Origin: a virus
Taxonomy: Duplodnaviria > Caudoviricetes
Length of the DNA: 57,423 bases
Direction: 5' to 3' (one strand)
Virus record (IMG/VR): IMGVR_UViG_3300030329_003887
Coordinates: 1 to 57,423 of that record
The translations under genes and the position numbers were made by a program. Shown here in pieces: positions 1 through 8,373 of the stretch. The notes beneath the pieces are model-generated. The model was not told the origin of the DNA. It made no database searches and saw only the letters and a list, made by a program, of their open reading frames with translations. Position 1 is the first letter of the stretch. Every line of letters begins with the position of its first letter.

Positions 1-100
1 ATGAATGAAGTGGCTGGATCTCCAACCATTCCACGAACAAGACGAAGAACAACAGCACCATCTGCATCAATAGCTTCTGCGGCTGCCAGCAATCGAGCGC
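1..100. repeat. Terminal direct repeat (assembly overlap of a circular/circularly permuted genome), left copy
   Basis: nt 1-100 match nt 57324-57423 except g99/a57422, which is synonymous (TGC/TGT) in the MoxR frame. Confidence 0.95.
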
Positions 101-914
101 AAGCAAACCAACTTCTTGGGCTGGGCCATGCTCTACCAGCAGACGCTTCGTCTTCAGGACAGTTCAGCAACTTCTCCGCGCCGAACCGTTTGATGTAGGA
201 AGAAACGAGTACTCGCTTTGAAGGAATGAGATCTTCCCATCCTTTCGGGAGCTTCGAAACTTCTGGGTCAGGAAAACCCGTAAGCATTCCGTCACACCAT
301 TCGTCTACGTTCAAAGAAAAATCAAGATGACACCAACGATTGGCAGCAGGTGGCGCAAGATCCCAACCACCGGCAGCTTGGTCCGCAGGATTTGCAGACG
401 CTGCGATGGAAAGATTCTCAGGCAACTGCAAGTCACCACACTTTCTTTCACCCACAATCTTCAGTGTCGCAGCTTGAACAGCAGGCGGCGTACAACTGTA
501 CTCATCCAAGTAAAGAAGAGCACCGCCAGATTCTGCAGACTCACAACAGTTGATGGCCCACTCAGGTGGGACACGAGAAAAGAAAGCGCCGCGTTTCGTT
601 TTTTCAGATTCACGGAGCTTCTGATATTCCTCAACAAGTTCTTTCGAAGAAAGATCACCAAGATCTTTATCGGAAAACTCGATGAGCTTCTCGAAAACAT
701 GCTTGTCGTCGTTTGAGTTTGCGTTTCCATCCAACATCGGAAGACCAACATCAGTTGGATCCCAAGTAGAACAGATCTGTTCAATAAGATTGAACTTCAA
801 CGACCTTGCGATTGCTTGTGTAATCATTGTCTTACCAACACCGGGCGGTCCCCACAAAAGTACGGGCTGCCCAGCTTGAATGCATATTGAATATGCTTGG
901 ATTACAGGGTTCAT
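1..914 (-). CDS. MoxR-like AAA+ ATPase, 5' part (continues through the junction to 56999; about 412 aa in total)
   Basis: Absent from the ORF track because it runs off the edge. Manual translation from ATG at 914 (GGAGGT RBS): MNPVIQAYSICIQAGQPVLLWGPPGVGKT (Walker A) ... LLYLDEYSCTPPAVQAA (Walker B) ... ASANP ... LAPPAANRW ... WPSPRSW. Confidence 0.9.
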   Translation of the reverse strand, partial: MNPVIQAYSICIQAGQPVLLWGPPGVGKTMITQAIARSLKFNLIEQICSTWDPTDVGLPMLDGNANSNDDKHVFEKLIEFSDKDLGDLSSKELVEEYQKLRESEKTKRGAFFSRVPPEWAINCCESAESGGALLYLDEYSCTPPAVQAATLKIVGERKCGDLQLPENLSIAASANPADQAAGGWDLAPPAANRWCHLDFSLNVDEWCDGMLTGFPDPEVSKLPKGWEDLIPSKRVLVSSYIKRFGAEKLLNCPEDEASAGRAWPSPRSWFACARLLAAAEAIDADGAVVLRLVRGMVGDPATSF

Positions 915-922
915 TTTCTTTT

Positions 923-1021
923 ACCTCCAAAAGCACCAGACAAAATCGTCTGGTGTGTGTGTTGATTTATTCAGCACACAGTAAGGGACATCTTCCATCC
1001 AATCGAGGACAGAAGATGTCC
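923..1021 (-). promoter_or_regulatory. Tandem-hairpin leader element, copy 1 (upstream of MoxR)
   Basis: Minus strand: GGACATCTTCTGTCC/GGATGGAAGATGTCC stem, CTTAC, TGTGTGCTGA/TCAACACACA stem, extra CACCAGAC/GTCTGGTG stem, then GGAGGT. Confidence 0.7.
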
Positions 1022-1061
1022 GATACTTTGAGCTGAAGCTTGAGAAACCTTTCTCTACTTT

Positions 1062-1742
1062 CTACCCACTGGGCGAAACATGGTATGGCCGCCCAGTTCT
1101 CTGTGCTGGTGACATACTGCAGGAGTATTGTTGGCCTTTCTTTCTAAACCAGAAACCACATTCATGGGATGGCATATTGTATGACATACAAGAGAAAGTC
1201 AGAACCAGTTCCTCTCCGCACTCGGGCACAAGAATAGTCCAGTGTTTTTTCATACTGACACGCCAGCTTTCTTCTGGCAGATCAATGCGAGACCATTTCT
1301 CAGACAACATTGGGTACCAGTCAAGATCCGGTGCTTGCTTCCTGAAAAAAGAATGCAGGAAAAGCATCTGTTCAGCACGGAATCCCATGTTCCGGCTCCA
1401 ATGAACTGGCATCGGATAAAGTTTATCCAGAATCTTGCTCTTTCTTTCACTGAGCAGAGGCTTCCAACCTTCTCTATATTTCCCAGCGTTCTCTTTCTTT
1501 CTGTGCCAACGAATCCTTGCGCACATTTCAAGGTGTTGAGCCAAAGCACGCGGGACTCCCTTACGAGACTCGGCGTAACTGAATCCAGAGTAGTAAAGAA
1601 AAAGTCTCCGGACTTCTTCGCATCGGGCACGCCGACACTGAGTCCGTATCTTCCCATTCTTGATTTCTATACTGTGTTTTCTCGCATTACCGTCTTCGTC
1701 GAGACACATGACACGGAAAGACACATCAGTATTCTCATCCAT
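1062..1742 (-). CDS. Hypothetical early protein (Cys/His motif near N-terminus)
   Basis: ORF with GGAGGT RBS 7 nt before ATG 1742 (MDENTD...); start revised from the track's 1796. Confidence 0.75.
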   Translation of the reverse strand: MDENTDVSFRVMCLDEDGNARKHSIEIKNGKIRTQCRRARCEEVRRLFLYYSGFSYAESRKGVPRALAQHLEMCARIRWHRKKENAGKYREGWKPLLSERKSKILDKLYPMPVHWSRNMGFRAEQMLFLHSFFRKQAPDLDWYPMLSEKWSRIDLPEESWRVSMKKHWTILVPECGEELVLTFSCMSYNMPSHECGFWFRKKGQQYSCSMSPAQRTGRPYHVSPSG

Positions 1743-1749
1743 TTTAGTT

Positions 1750-1811
1750 ACCTCCTTGGTTGTGCAAAAGCGCACAGTAAAAAGCACCAGCCGCAAAGAC
1801 TGATGCTTTTT
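1750..1811 (-). promoter_or_regulatory. Tandem-hairpin leader element, copy 2
   Basis: AAAAAGCATCAGTC-TTTGC-GGCTGGTGCTTTTT, AC, TGTGCG-CTTT-TGCACA, ACCAA, GGAGGT. Confidence 0.75.
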
Positions 1812-1822
1812 CCAACGAGCTT

Positions 1823-2476
1823 TTACTCTTCTTCCAAGATCGAACGATCGATCTCTCGGAGTACGCTGAGCAGACGATCAAAGTTTTTCTGATTGCCGAT
1901 GATTTTCTTTTCAGAAATCGACAGATCATTAAAGCTTTCGACATCTTGAAAAGAGTACTGAAGCAAGTCTGCCGCCATTACTCTGACATCAACATCATCT
2001 TCGAAAACATAGCTCCACTTTTCACCACGCTCTTCGAGTTCACTCTGCAAAAGTTCATAAGCAGAGCGCGCTGTCTTCAGCATGTACCGTTCGGGACGGA
2101 TCCGTTCCGCGTCAGGCCTCTCAGAAATCTTTTTCACAGCTTCTGTGAATGACTGAACCCAGTCGGGACTCATCGAACCCAAAAGATCGTAAGCAAAGTT
2201 CGCCGTTGCTTTCCGATTCGGAACGCCTTTCCATTCTGGATTATCATCAATCCATTCTTGGGCAGACTCGATTGCCTTCTTCTTCTTAGCCTCTCGGGCA
2301 TCGACACCAGCCTGAAAGAAATCAGACTCAGCTATATCGCCGAGAGTTTTCTCCTTGCCAGACTCCATAGGCAGAACCCCATCACTCTCATAAAAGTGAA
2401 GGCATTCCTGACTACACAAAGTCTCGCCCGCGATTTCTGATTCTTCGAAATCTTTTCCGCAGTGCATACACTGCAT
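1823..2476 (-). CDS. Hypothetical protein with N-terminal zinc finger (CxxC...CSxxC)
   Basis: CMHCGKDF...LCSQECL; GGAGGT RBS before ATG 2476. Confidence 0.75.
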   Translation of the reverse strand: MQCMHCGKDFEESEIAGETLCSQECLHFYESDGVLPMESGKEKTLGDIAESDFFQAGVDAREAKKKKAIESAQEWIDDNPEWKGVPNRKATANFAYDLLGSMSPDWVQSFTEAVKKISERPDAERIRPERYMLKTARSAYELLQSELEERGEKWSYVFEDDVDVRVMAADLLQYSFQDVESFNDLSISEKKIIGNQKNFDRLLSVLREIDRSILEEE

Positions 2477-2480
2477 ATTC

Positions 2481-2545
2481 ACCTCCTATTTGTGAGTCTT
2501 CATTGACTGCACAGTAAAACCCACCGACAAAAGCCGATGGGTTTT
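2481..2545 (-). promoter_or_regulatory. Tandem-hairpin leader element, copy 3
   Basis: AAAACCCATCGGC-TTTT-GTCGGTGGGTTTT, AC, TGTGCAGTC-AATGAA-GACTCACA, AATA, GGAGGT. Confidence 0.75.
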
Positions 2546-2560
2546 CCAATACATTCAAGG

Positions 2561-2806
2561 TCACGCCTCGATAAAAGAACCGAGCCGCTCTTCAATCTCT
2601 CGACAGACAAGACTGAACTTCTTCTGTCCGATGCGAAGGTTCTTCATTGCCCGCGCATGTTCGCCGAACTCATGTTCGACACAGTCCAGAATGTCTTGGC
2701 AGTTTGCATTGCTTCGACCAAGTCTTTGCCACTGTTCAAGAACATCCTCCAATGGACGTTTAAGTGGTGGCGGTTTCGGACGGTTTCTTTCTCTTTGTTT
2801 TCCCAT
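2561..2806 (-). CDS. Small hypothetical early protein
   Basis: 81 aa ORF with GGAGGT RBS, flanked by leader elements. Confidence 0.65.
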   Translation of the reverse strand: MGKQRERNRPKPPPLKRPLEDVLEQWQRLGRSNANCQDILDCVEHEFGEHARAMKNLRIGQKKFSLVCREIEERLGSFIEA

Positions 2807-2809
2807 GTT

Positions 2810-2872
2810 ACCTCCTTGTGCGCTTGGGAAATAGCAGCACAGAAAACCATTCCAATCTATAGAATAGTTTTC
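2810..2872 (-). promoter_or_regulatory. Tandem-hairpin leader element, copy 4
   Basis: GAAAACTATTCT-ATAGATT-GGAATGGTTTTC, TGTGCTGCT...AGCGCACA, A, GGAGGT. Confidence 0.65.
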
Positions 2873-2994
2873 TTTGTTTCTATTTCACTCATCGCACTAC
2901 CAGACTGTGCTGGACGTTTTATTTTCTGAGGCCGTGACGCAGGGCCGATAAAAAATCTACGCGCGCCAAGCTCTGCCGCCCAGTGGACCCAACA

Positions 2995-3032
2995 ACGAAG
3001 AAACCCCCCACCGTTTCCGGTGGAGGGTCTCT
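2995..3032 (-). terminator. Rho-independent terminator candidate downstream of ORF 3137-3892
   Basis: AGAGACCCTCCACCG-GAAA-CGGTGGGGGGTTTCT followed by TCGTT. Confidence 0.55.
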
Positions 3033-3136
3033 GATTGTGCGCGGGTCTCATTGTCCCGTGGCCCGCGTCCATAGATGACAGAACATGCCGCCAACTATGG
3101 CGAGGGTCGCCAGTTGAAGCAGAAACGGGTCCGGCA

Positions 3137-3892
3137 TTAGTTCGACGCCTTACCTTTTGCCCGTGGCTTTGCTCGCGGTTTGGGTTTCGGTTTTGCTTCC
3201 GGTTCCGGTTCCGGCATCGGTTCCGCGAGAACTTCACCATCATCGGACAAGTACCGGTCCCACGTTGTGCCATCGCTCCGGTTTTTTCGTTGCTTCAGGC
3301 TGTACCGGGCATCGTTCACCGCTTCCGGAACACCTTTGCCGCGTTTCTCGCAGTATGCAAGGCACGCGAGGTACTCTGCGCGAATCTCGCCGGGACGCGT
3401 CACGAACTCAGGCATGCCCGAACCGTAGCAAAGCAGACCGTCTGAATCCGCGTGTGAACCCCACTGACGGTTCACGGCTTCAAGGAACGTGGACCGCTTT
3501 TTGTCGCCCAGTTCCGCTTTCCATGTCGCCATCTGCTTCCGCGTCAGGTACATGGGAAAGCCCTTCGAGTTCATCAGTGGTTGGCCGATGAACTCTTCAT
3601 GCTTCACCACGGGTCGCCCTTCAGTCACGGTATCATCGAAGACACGTTTAACGAGCATCAGAACGCCGTTGTTCGCGGCGCTCGTTTCTCGTGGCGTCAT
3701 CCCCTGAGTCGGGACGAAATACACCGAATATCCGCACCCGATTTTATTATCGGGGTTGGATGGCTTCAGGTCATCGATGGCGAGCACTTGAAAAGAACCG
3801 GGCAACGCGGCACGGATGCCGCCTACGCGTCTCTTTTCGCCGTTTTCTTCGATGGTTTGAAAGGGAAAGGTTGTGAGTGTTGATTGTCGCAT
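3137..3892 (-). CDS. Hypothetical protein in GC-rich island, with a PE/PK-repeat basic tail
   Basis: About 251 aa from ATG 3892 (GGAG RBS); ends PMPEPEPEAKPKPKPRAKPRAKGKASN. Confidence 0.7.
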   Translation of the reverse strand: MRQSTLTTFPFQTIEENGEKRRVGGIRAALPGSFQVLAIDDLKPSNPDNKIGCGYSVYFVPTQGMTPRETSAANNGVLMLVKRVFDDTVTEGRPVVKHEEFIGQPLMNSKGFPMYLTRKQMATWKAELGDKKRSTFLEAVNRQWGSHADSDGLLCYGSGMPEFVTRPGEIRAEYLACLAYCEKRGKGVPEAVNDARYSLKQRKNRSDGTTWDRYLSDDGEVLAEPMPEPEPEAKPKPKPRAKPRAKGKASN

Positions 3893-4488
3893 TGTGATTT
3901 TCTCCAAACGAGCCCAAAAAAGCGGGGCTCAATCGCTCCGGGTCTGAATGACCCGTGAAAACCCGCGACACTGTAAAGGCTCGCGGGGTCACAAGGGCCA
4001 GCGGACACAGGGCCCGCCAGCCGGAGGTTTGGAGGGGCCGCCCGCTATGGGCGACCGTCCACCATATCGCGCCCACTGGGGCCACCCGCCAGCCGGGCCA
4101 CCTGCTCACCGCGACCCCGTGGAACGGGGAGGGCGGTAGCTGGGTGACGCCTCTGGTAAGGTGGAGTCAATGGGCTGGACTGTCAAGGAGCGGGAGGGGT
4201 GACTCGGGGGCGGGGTCCGAAGACCGGCACCGCAAGGTCACTACCAGTGTATCAAACAGGTGGGCACTTGTCGACGGTGGACGACGGGTGAGCTTCACCC
4301 GAGCTTCAGGTGCCCAGGGAGCTGTCAGCCCGGACGAATTTAGGCCGGCCGGCGAGGAGCTGGCCCGCACTGGGGTCCGCTCAGACGGGGAAAGAGCTGC
4401 AGCGAAAAGCATTCCCGGTTAGGGGGGGTGGGGGTTAGAGCCGAAGGCGGAGTCCCGGTGAGCACACATTCAAAATAGGCGAAAATTC

Positions 4489-5484
4489 TTGGCGGTTAAA
4501 AATAGACCAGTTTCAACCTTGTTTATGCGCGCAGGCAAATCCCAAGCAACTTGGGCGGACAACTTTGGAATGGAAAGTTTTCTGCAGGCGTTTGGATATG
4601 ACACGCCATTTCTACAGAATGAAAAGAAATATCAGCGGAAGTTAAATCCCAGCTTTTCTCGGGCCCTGAAACACATCCGTCAGTGGGCGCTGGACCACCC
4701 GATCTTGGGCTGCGGAATCTTAGATGAGCGATTCGGGGTCGCACCCCCAGAATGGGCTGGAAGAGTGCGGGATGCGTGGGGATTAGAAGAAATACCAACG
4801 CCATATGAAATGGCGTGTTCGTTTCTGTATACACCGGCACCGAGATTCTGGAAATCTTTGGAACGTAGCGACCCAAAATCTCTTTCTATGCTGTATTGGT
4901 TTCTGGCAGGAATGCCAACTCGGGCAATCGCGGAAATCTTCGAGGTTTCTCCGCCAACTGTCCACAATAGAATAGCTTCTGTTATTTCTTGGGCTATGAA
5001 GACGCCAAGATTTGCCTTATGGAGTCTTAGTACAGACTTGATTCCTTCGGCCACGAGTTTGACGAAGGCAAGAGCGGCGGCAGCTCTGTGGAGGGGCGAC
5101 CCAATGACGAAATGGCTGCCCGATCCCAAGGAAGCGCACAATGCGCTACAGGGAATCATGGATAGCCCCTATATTCGGGCCCAGTTAGCGAGTGGTCGGG
5201 CGTATCAGCCGATACCGAGGCCGATATACAGCCCCGATTTTGTATGGCCCGGCCTTGAGGCCAAGCGAAAGTGGGAATCCGAGGGCTCGATGTCCGCACG
5301 CTGGCTTATGCGCTGGCGTATGTACTTACGAGAGCGATTAAAGGGGGATGTGCCCACTTGGGTGCGCATTCCGGAGCGATGTCCGATATACTCAGTAGAG
5401 GATAGGGAGATTATCGATGTTCGACGACGACGAAAACGAAGAAAGCAGCTTGCAGCCAGCCGATCCGGCAATCCCCGGACTTGA
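4489..5484 (+). CDS. HTH-containing protein (sigma70 region-4/LuxR-like HTH), possible late regulator or packaging factor; start uncertain
   Basis: GMPTRAIAEIFEVSPPTVHNRIASV helix-turn-helix pattern; first gene of the + strand arm; basic C-terminus. Confidence 0.55.
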   Translation: MAVKNRPVSTLFMRAGKSQATWADNFGMESFLQAFGYDTPFLQNEKKYQRKLNPSFSRALKHIRQWALDHPILGCGILDERFGVAPPEWAGRVRDAWGLEEIPTPYEMACSFLYTPAPRFWKSLERSDPKSLSMLYWFLAGMPTRAIAEIFEVSPPTVHNRIASVISWAMKTPRFALWSLSTDLIPSATSLTKARAAAALWRGDPMTKWLPDPKEAHNALQGIMDSPYIRAQLASGRAYQPIPRPIYSPDFVWPGLEAKRKWESEGSMSARWLMRWRMYLRERLKGDVPTWVRIPERCPIYSVEDREIIDVRRRRKRRKQLAASRSGNPRT

Positions 5485-5794
5485 GGAACTGTTCTCAGAG
5501 AAGGTTCGGTCGATTGACCATGTGCTAGATTACGCCTCTACATGTGCGCTGGCTATTGCAAATGGGAATGTACCAGTAAAGTTTTCGAAGGAGCTAAGGC
5601 TTTGGGGTGAGCTTATGTATAGCTGCATTCAGGCACAGAAGGTCCAAGAGACAGATGGCGATGTCAACTTCATCGGCCAGTTAATCCAGATTGCAGGGAC
5701 TCCGGGGGAGGCGCTATTGAAGGATGCGCTTCCTGAGAAGGAAATCGAAGCAATCGAGATGGTACAGGATAAACCGATTGTGGTGAATGAGTAA
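5417..5794 (+). CDS. Hypothetical protein, possible terminase small subunit
   Basis: Acidic helical 125 aa ORF directly upstream of TerL (TAATG overlap); position-based only. Confidence 0.45.
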   Translation: MFDDDENEESSLQPADPAIPGLEELFSEKVRSIDHVLDYASTCALAIANGNVPVKFSKELRLWGELMYSCIQAQKVQETDGDVNFIGQLIQIAGTPGEALLKDALPEKEIEAIEMVQDKPIVVNE

Positions 5795-7590
5795 TGTCTA
5801 ATCCGGGCAAACCGTCTACACCTATTGGGCAGCAACTAGGGGGAGGGGGGAGTCAAGTGGGGTCTCAGACGCCGCAGACAAACCCAAAAGCCCAGCAGGT
5901 TCTGTCCTTTCTCCAATCGCCAATCAAGTCATTGCCTGCGTTCGGTCAAGTACATGATCAGCGAACGGGTCAATTTGTGAAGTATGATCCTTACCGACTG
6001 ACCAAGACGTTGCAAGCAGAGATTCTAGAATACCTATCAAATCCACCACTTACGAATGCAAATCAAGCTAAGTTTCTGACTGTCCTCACGGCGCGTCAGA
6101 TGGGTAAGTCTCTGACATCTGAGTACGGGTGTTACCCAAAAGCGGCTTTTACCCCCGGACATGACCATGTTTGTATTGCGGATACTAAAGATCGAGCCGA
6201 GTATCTCCATAAACGTGTTCACCATCTTCATGAGCGCTGGCCAACAAAAGTTCGTAGTAGGCAGATCCCGAATCGAGAAGCGCGGCAGTTGACCTTCCGC
6301 CCCATGGAAGGGGGAAAGATGCGTGTCCTCTCGGCAGAGACCGGAGCTGTAGGTATCGGGCAGAGTCCCGATACGTTTCACGCTTCTGAGTGCGCATTCT
6401 GGGCTGACTTCGCTGGATCAATGTTCCTTATCTGGCCGTCTCTCATGAACCGAGACCATGCTCTTGCCATCTTTGAGTGTACGCCTTGGGAAGCTAGAAG
6501 TGATTGGCATAACCACTGCTTAGAAGCCAAGAATGGGGTAGGTCGCCACACATACTTGTTTAAACCTTTCTGGGATGGGCACTTGAATGCCCGTCCTTGG
6601 GATAAAGACTGGAAGCTCACAAATGAAGAAGTAGATCTGATGAACCAGTACGGTTCAGTTGGTTTAGAGTTGGAGAACCTCGCCTTTCGTCGTTTGATTA
6701 TGGAGACAGACGTAAAGATTCGACGGCATCCAGAGTTCTTCCGGGTTTTCTACCCATTCGACGATGTGAGTTGTTGGCTAGCAAGCGCACAGTCTGCCAT
6801 CCCGTCACATGTGTTGGAACGTCATCAGAATAAGAAGCTTGTTCCGTGGAGAGGTCCGTATAAAGAGTATGAGCAACCGGATCCCAACGCTTATTACGTC
6901 ATGGGAGTTGACCCTTGCGGTCATGCTGCCCGAGATCATGCATCTTTTCAGATCCTGAAATGCTATGACGGTGAGTGGACCCAAGTTGCGACATACGCAG
7001 AACACAGCGATCCGATCGTGTTCACAAGAGAGATCGTTCGCGCCGCGAAGAAATACAACAATGCTCTGGTCGTCGTAGAATCTAATGGTGTTGGGCAATC
7101 TGTTTTGGCCCTTCTTCGAGACTGGGACTATTCGAATGTTTTCTACGAAAAATTAAAGCGACCGGGCTTTACAACAACCTCCAAATCTTTGGGCCAGTGC
7201 ATGGGTTGGCTCACTGACGCCCTCATGGATGAGCTTGTTCTGAATGATGAGAACACTGTTGAGCAGCTTCTAAGTTATCGTAATGACAAGATTATTGAGG
7301 AAAACGTAGCTTCAGAAATTGCGCGAGGCCAAGCATCAAATCGGCGAAGAGAGCGTCATCACTGGGATAAGGTTTCTGCGCTCAGTATGGCAGTTGTTGG
7401 TGCGCGCTGGGCCCCACGTCGCCAAAAAATGAGTCCTGAAAAGCGGGATGTGGATAAGAATGTTGTGCTCTTCCCTACATGGGACTCTTGGAATGCGTAT
7501 CAAAAGAGCGCAGAAGAGCAAAAATCGCGTCGTCCTTCCTTGCGGAAGAGCCATGGATCGTGGTACAGAAAAGGTCCAAAGTGGAAATAG
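5794..7590 (+). CDS. terL: Terminase large subunit
   Basis: Walker A-like ARQMGKS, Walker B-like FHASECAFW, FECTP coupling motif, RNase H-like nuclease YVMGVDPCG, VVVESNGVG, late HWD. Confidence 0.92.
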   Translation: MSNPGKPSTPIGQQLGGGGSQVGSQTPQTNPKAQQVLSFLQSPIKSLPAFGQVHDQRTGQFVKYDPYRLTKTLQAEILEYLSNPPLTNANQAKFLTVLTARQMGKSLTSEYGCYPKAAFTPGHDHVCIADTKDRAEYLHKRVHHLHERWPTKVRSRQIPNREARQLTFRPMEGGKMRVLSAETGAVGIGQSPDTFHASECAFWADFAGSMFLIWPSLMNRDHALAIFECTPWEARSDWHNHCLEAKNGVGRHTYLFKPFWDGHLNARPWDKDWKLTNEEVDLMNQYGSVGLELENLAFRRLIMETDVKIRRHPEFFRVFYPFDDVSCWLASAQSAIPSHVLERHQNKKLVPWRGPYKEYEQPDPNAYYVMGVDPCGHAARDHASFQILKCYDGEWTQVATYAEHSDPIVFTREIVRAAKKYNNALVVVESNGVGQSVLALLRDWDYSNVFYEKLKRPGFTTTSKSLGQCMGWLTDALMDELVLNDENTVEQLLSYRNDKIIEENVASEIARGQASNRRRERHHWDKVSALSMAVVGARWAPRRQKMSPEKRDVDKNVVLFPTWDSWNAYQKSAEEQKSRRPSLRKSHGSWYRKGPKWK

Positions 7591-7599
7591 GAGTTTCTA

Positions 7600-8373
7600 A
7601 TGGCTGATGCTGACGAATATCGAAAAGCGCGCCAAGCGGCTGTTCAGAAGGCTCTAGGGGATGAGAATCAGAAGGCTCTAGGGGATGAGAAAGAAGATCC
7701 TGCTTTCGCTGAGCTTGTAGCGGACATCGGTCAACGCCGCAAAAAGGAAGATCGTGAAAAGTTTCTGAAGGAAGCTGCGGGTACAGTGGCAGAGGGTGCA
7801 AAGTCTCTGGGTCTAACAGCATCAGTAACCCCATGGGATCTGGGCATTGGTGATTATCTCTATGCCGTAGGTGAGTTGATTGACCCGGAAGGCGACCCTA
7901 AAACAGCAGCATTAGCAGCAGGCGCAGGTTTGGCAACAGGGGGAGTAGCGTCAGGCGCATTACTGGCAAGGACATTAGCTGCGAGAAAAGCATTGGCTGC
8001 GAAAAAGGCAGCATCCGCAAAGAAAGCGGCATCCGCGAATAAGGATATAGACCCTAAATTTTTGATATCCGATGACCCTCTGGAAGGGGGGAAAAAGATA
8101 GTAAAAACTAAAAAAGAAATGCTGCCAAGAAAATATGTTGACCCGCGCTTTCAGCCAGAAAAGGTGAAAGAAAAACTTCTAAATGAGTATTTTGAGAAAA
8201 TGGAGGCTGGGCAGGAGATACATATGCCAAGATTTCTGAATTTCTTATATACCGCCGGGTTAACCCAACATCCTAAAGTCCAGCACTATCTTAAGAAAAT
8301 GGGTATAGAGACAGATCCTCAAAGAAGAAGAGAAGCGCATCTACAGAAACGTGATCTTCTTGGAGAAGAATAG
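7600..8373 (+). CDS. Hypothetical head-module protein with N-terminal ARQAAVQKALG motif
   Basis: 257 aa ORF between terL and portal, AGGAG RBS; 24-nt tandem duplication at 7645-7691. Confidence 0.75.
   Translation: MADADEYRKARQAAVQKALGDENQKALGDEKEDPAFAELVADIGQRRKKEDREKFLKEAAGTVAEGAKSLGLTASVTPWDLGIGDYLYAVGELIDPEGDPKTAALAAGAGLATGGVASGALLARTLAARKALAAKKAASAKKAASANKDIDPKFLISDDPLEGGKKIVKTKKEMLPRKYVDPRFQPEKVKEKLLNEYFEKMEAGQEIHMPRFLNFLYTAGLTQHPKVQHYLKKMGIETDPQRRREAHLQKRDLLGEE

Noticed and set aside
923-2872. Repeated intergenic elements as a CRISPR array or integron attC sites
   Set aside because: Copies are not identical repeats with constant-length spacers; they separate whole genes. No RYYYAAC/GTTRRRY ends were recognised and no integrase is present.
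3955-4422. 155 aa + strand ORF in the GC-rich island
   Set aside because: No clear RBS and an Arg/Gly/Ala composition expected from GC-rich non-coding DNA; not called, though not formally excluded.
7645-7691. 24-nt tandem duplication as a regulatory repeat
   Set aside because: In-frame coding duplication (QKALGDE x2); relevant only as a partial copy of the peptide motif already reported.
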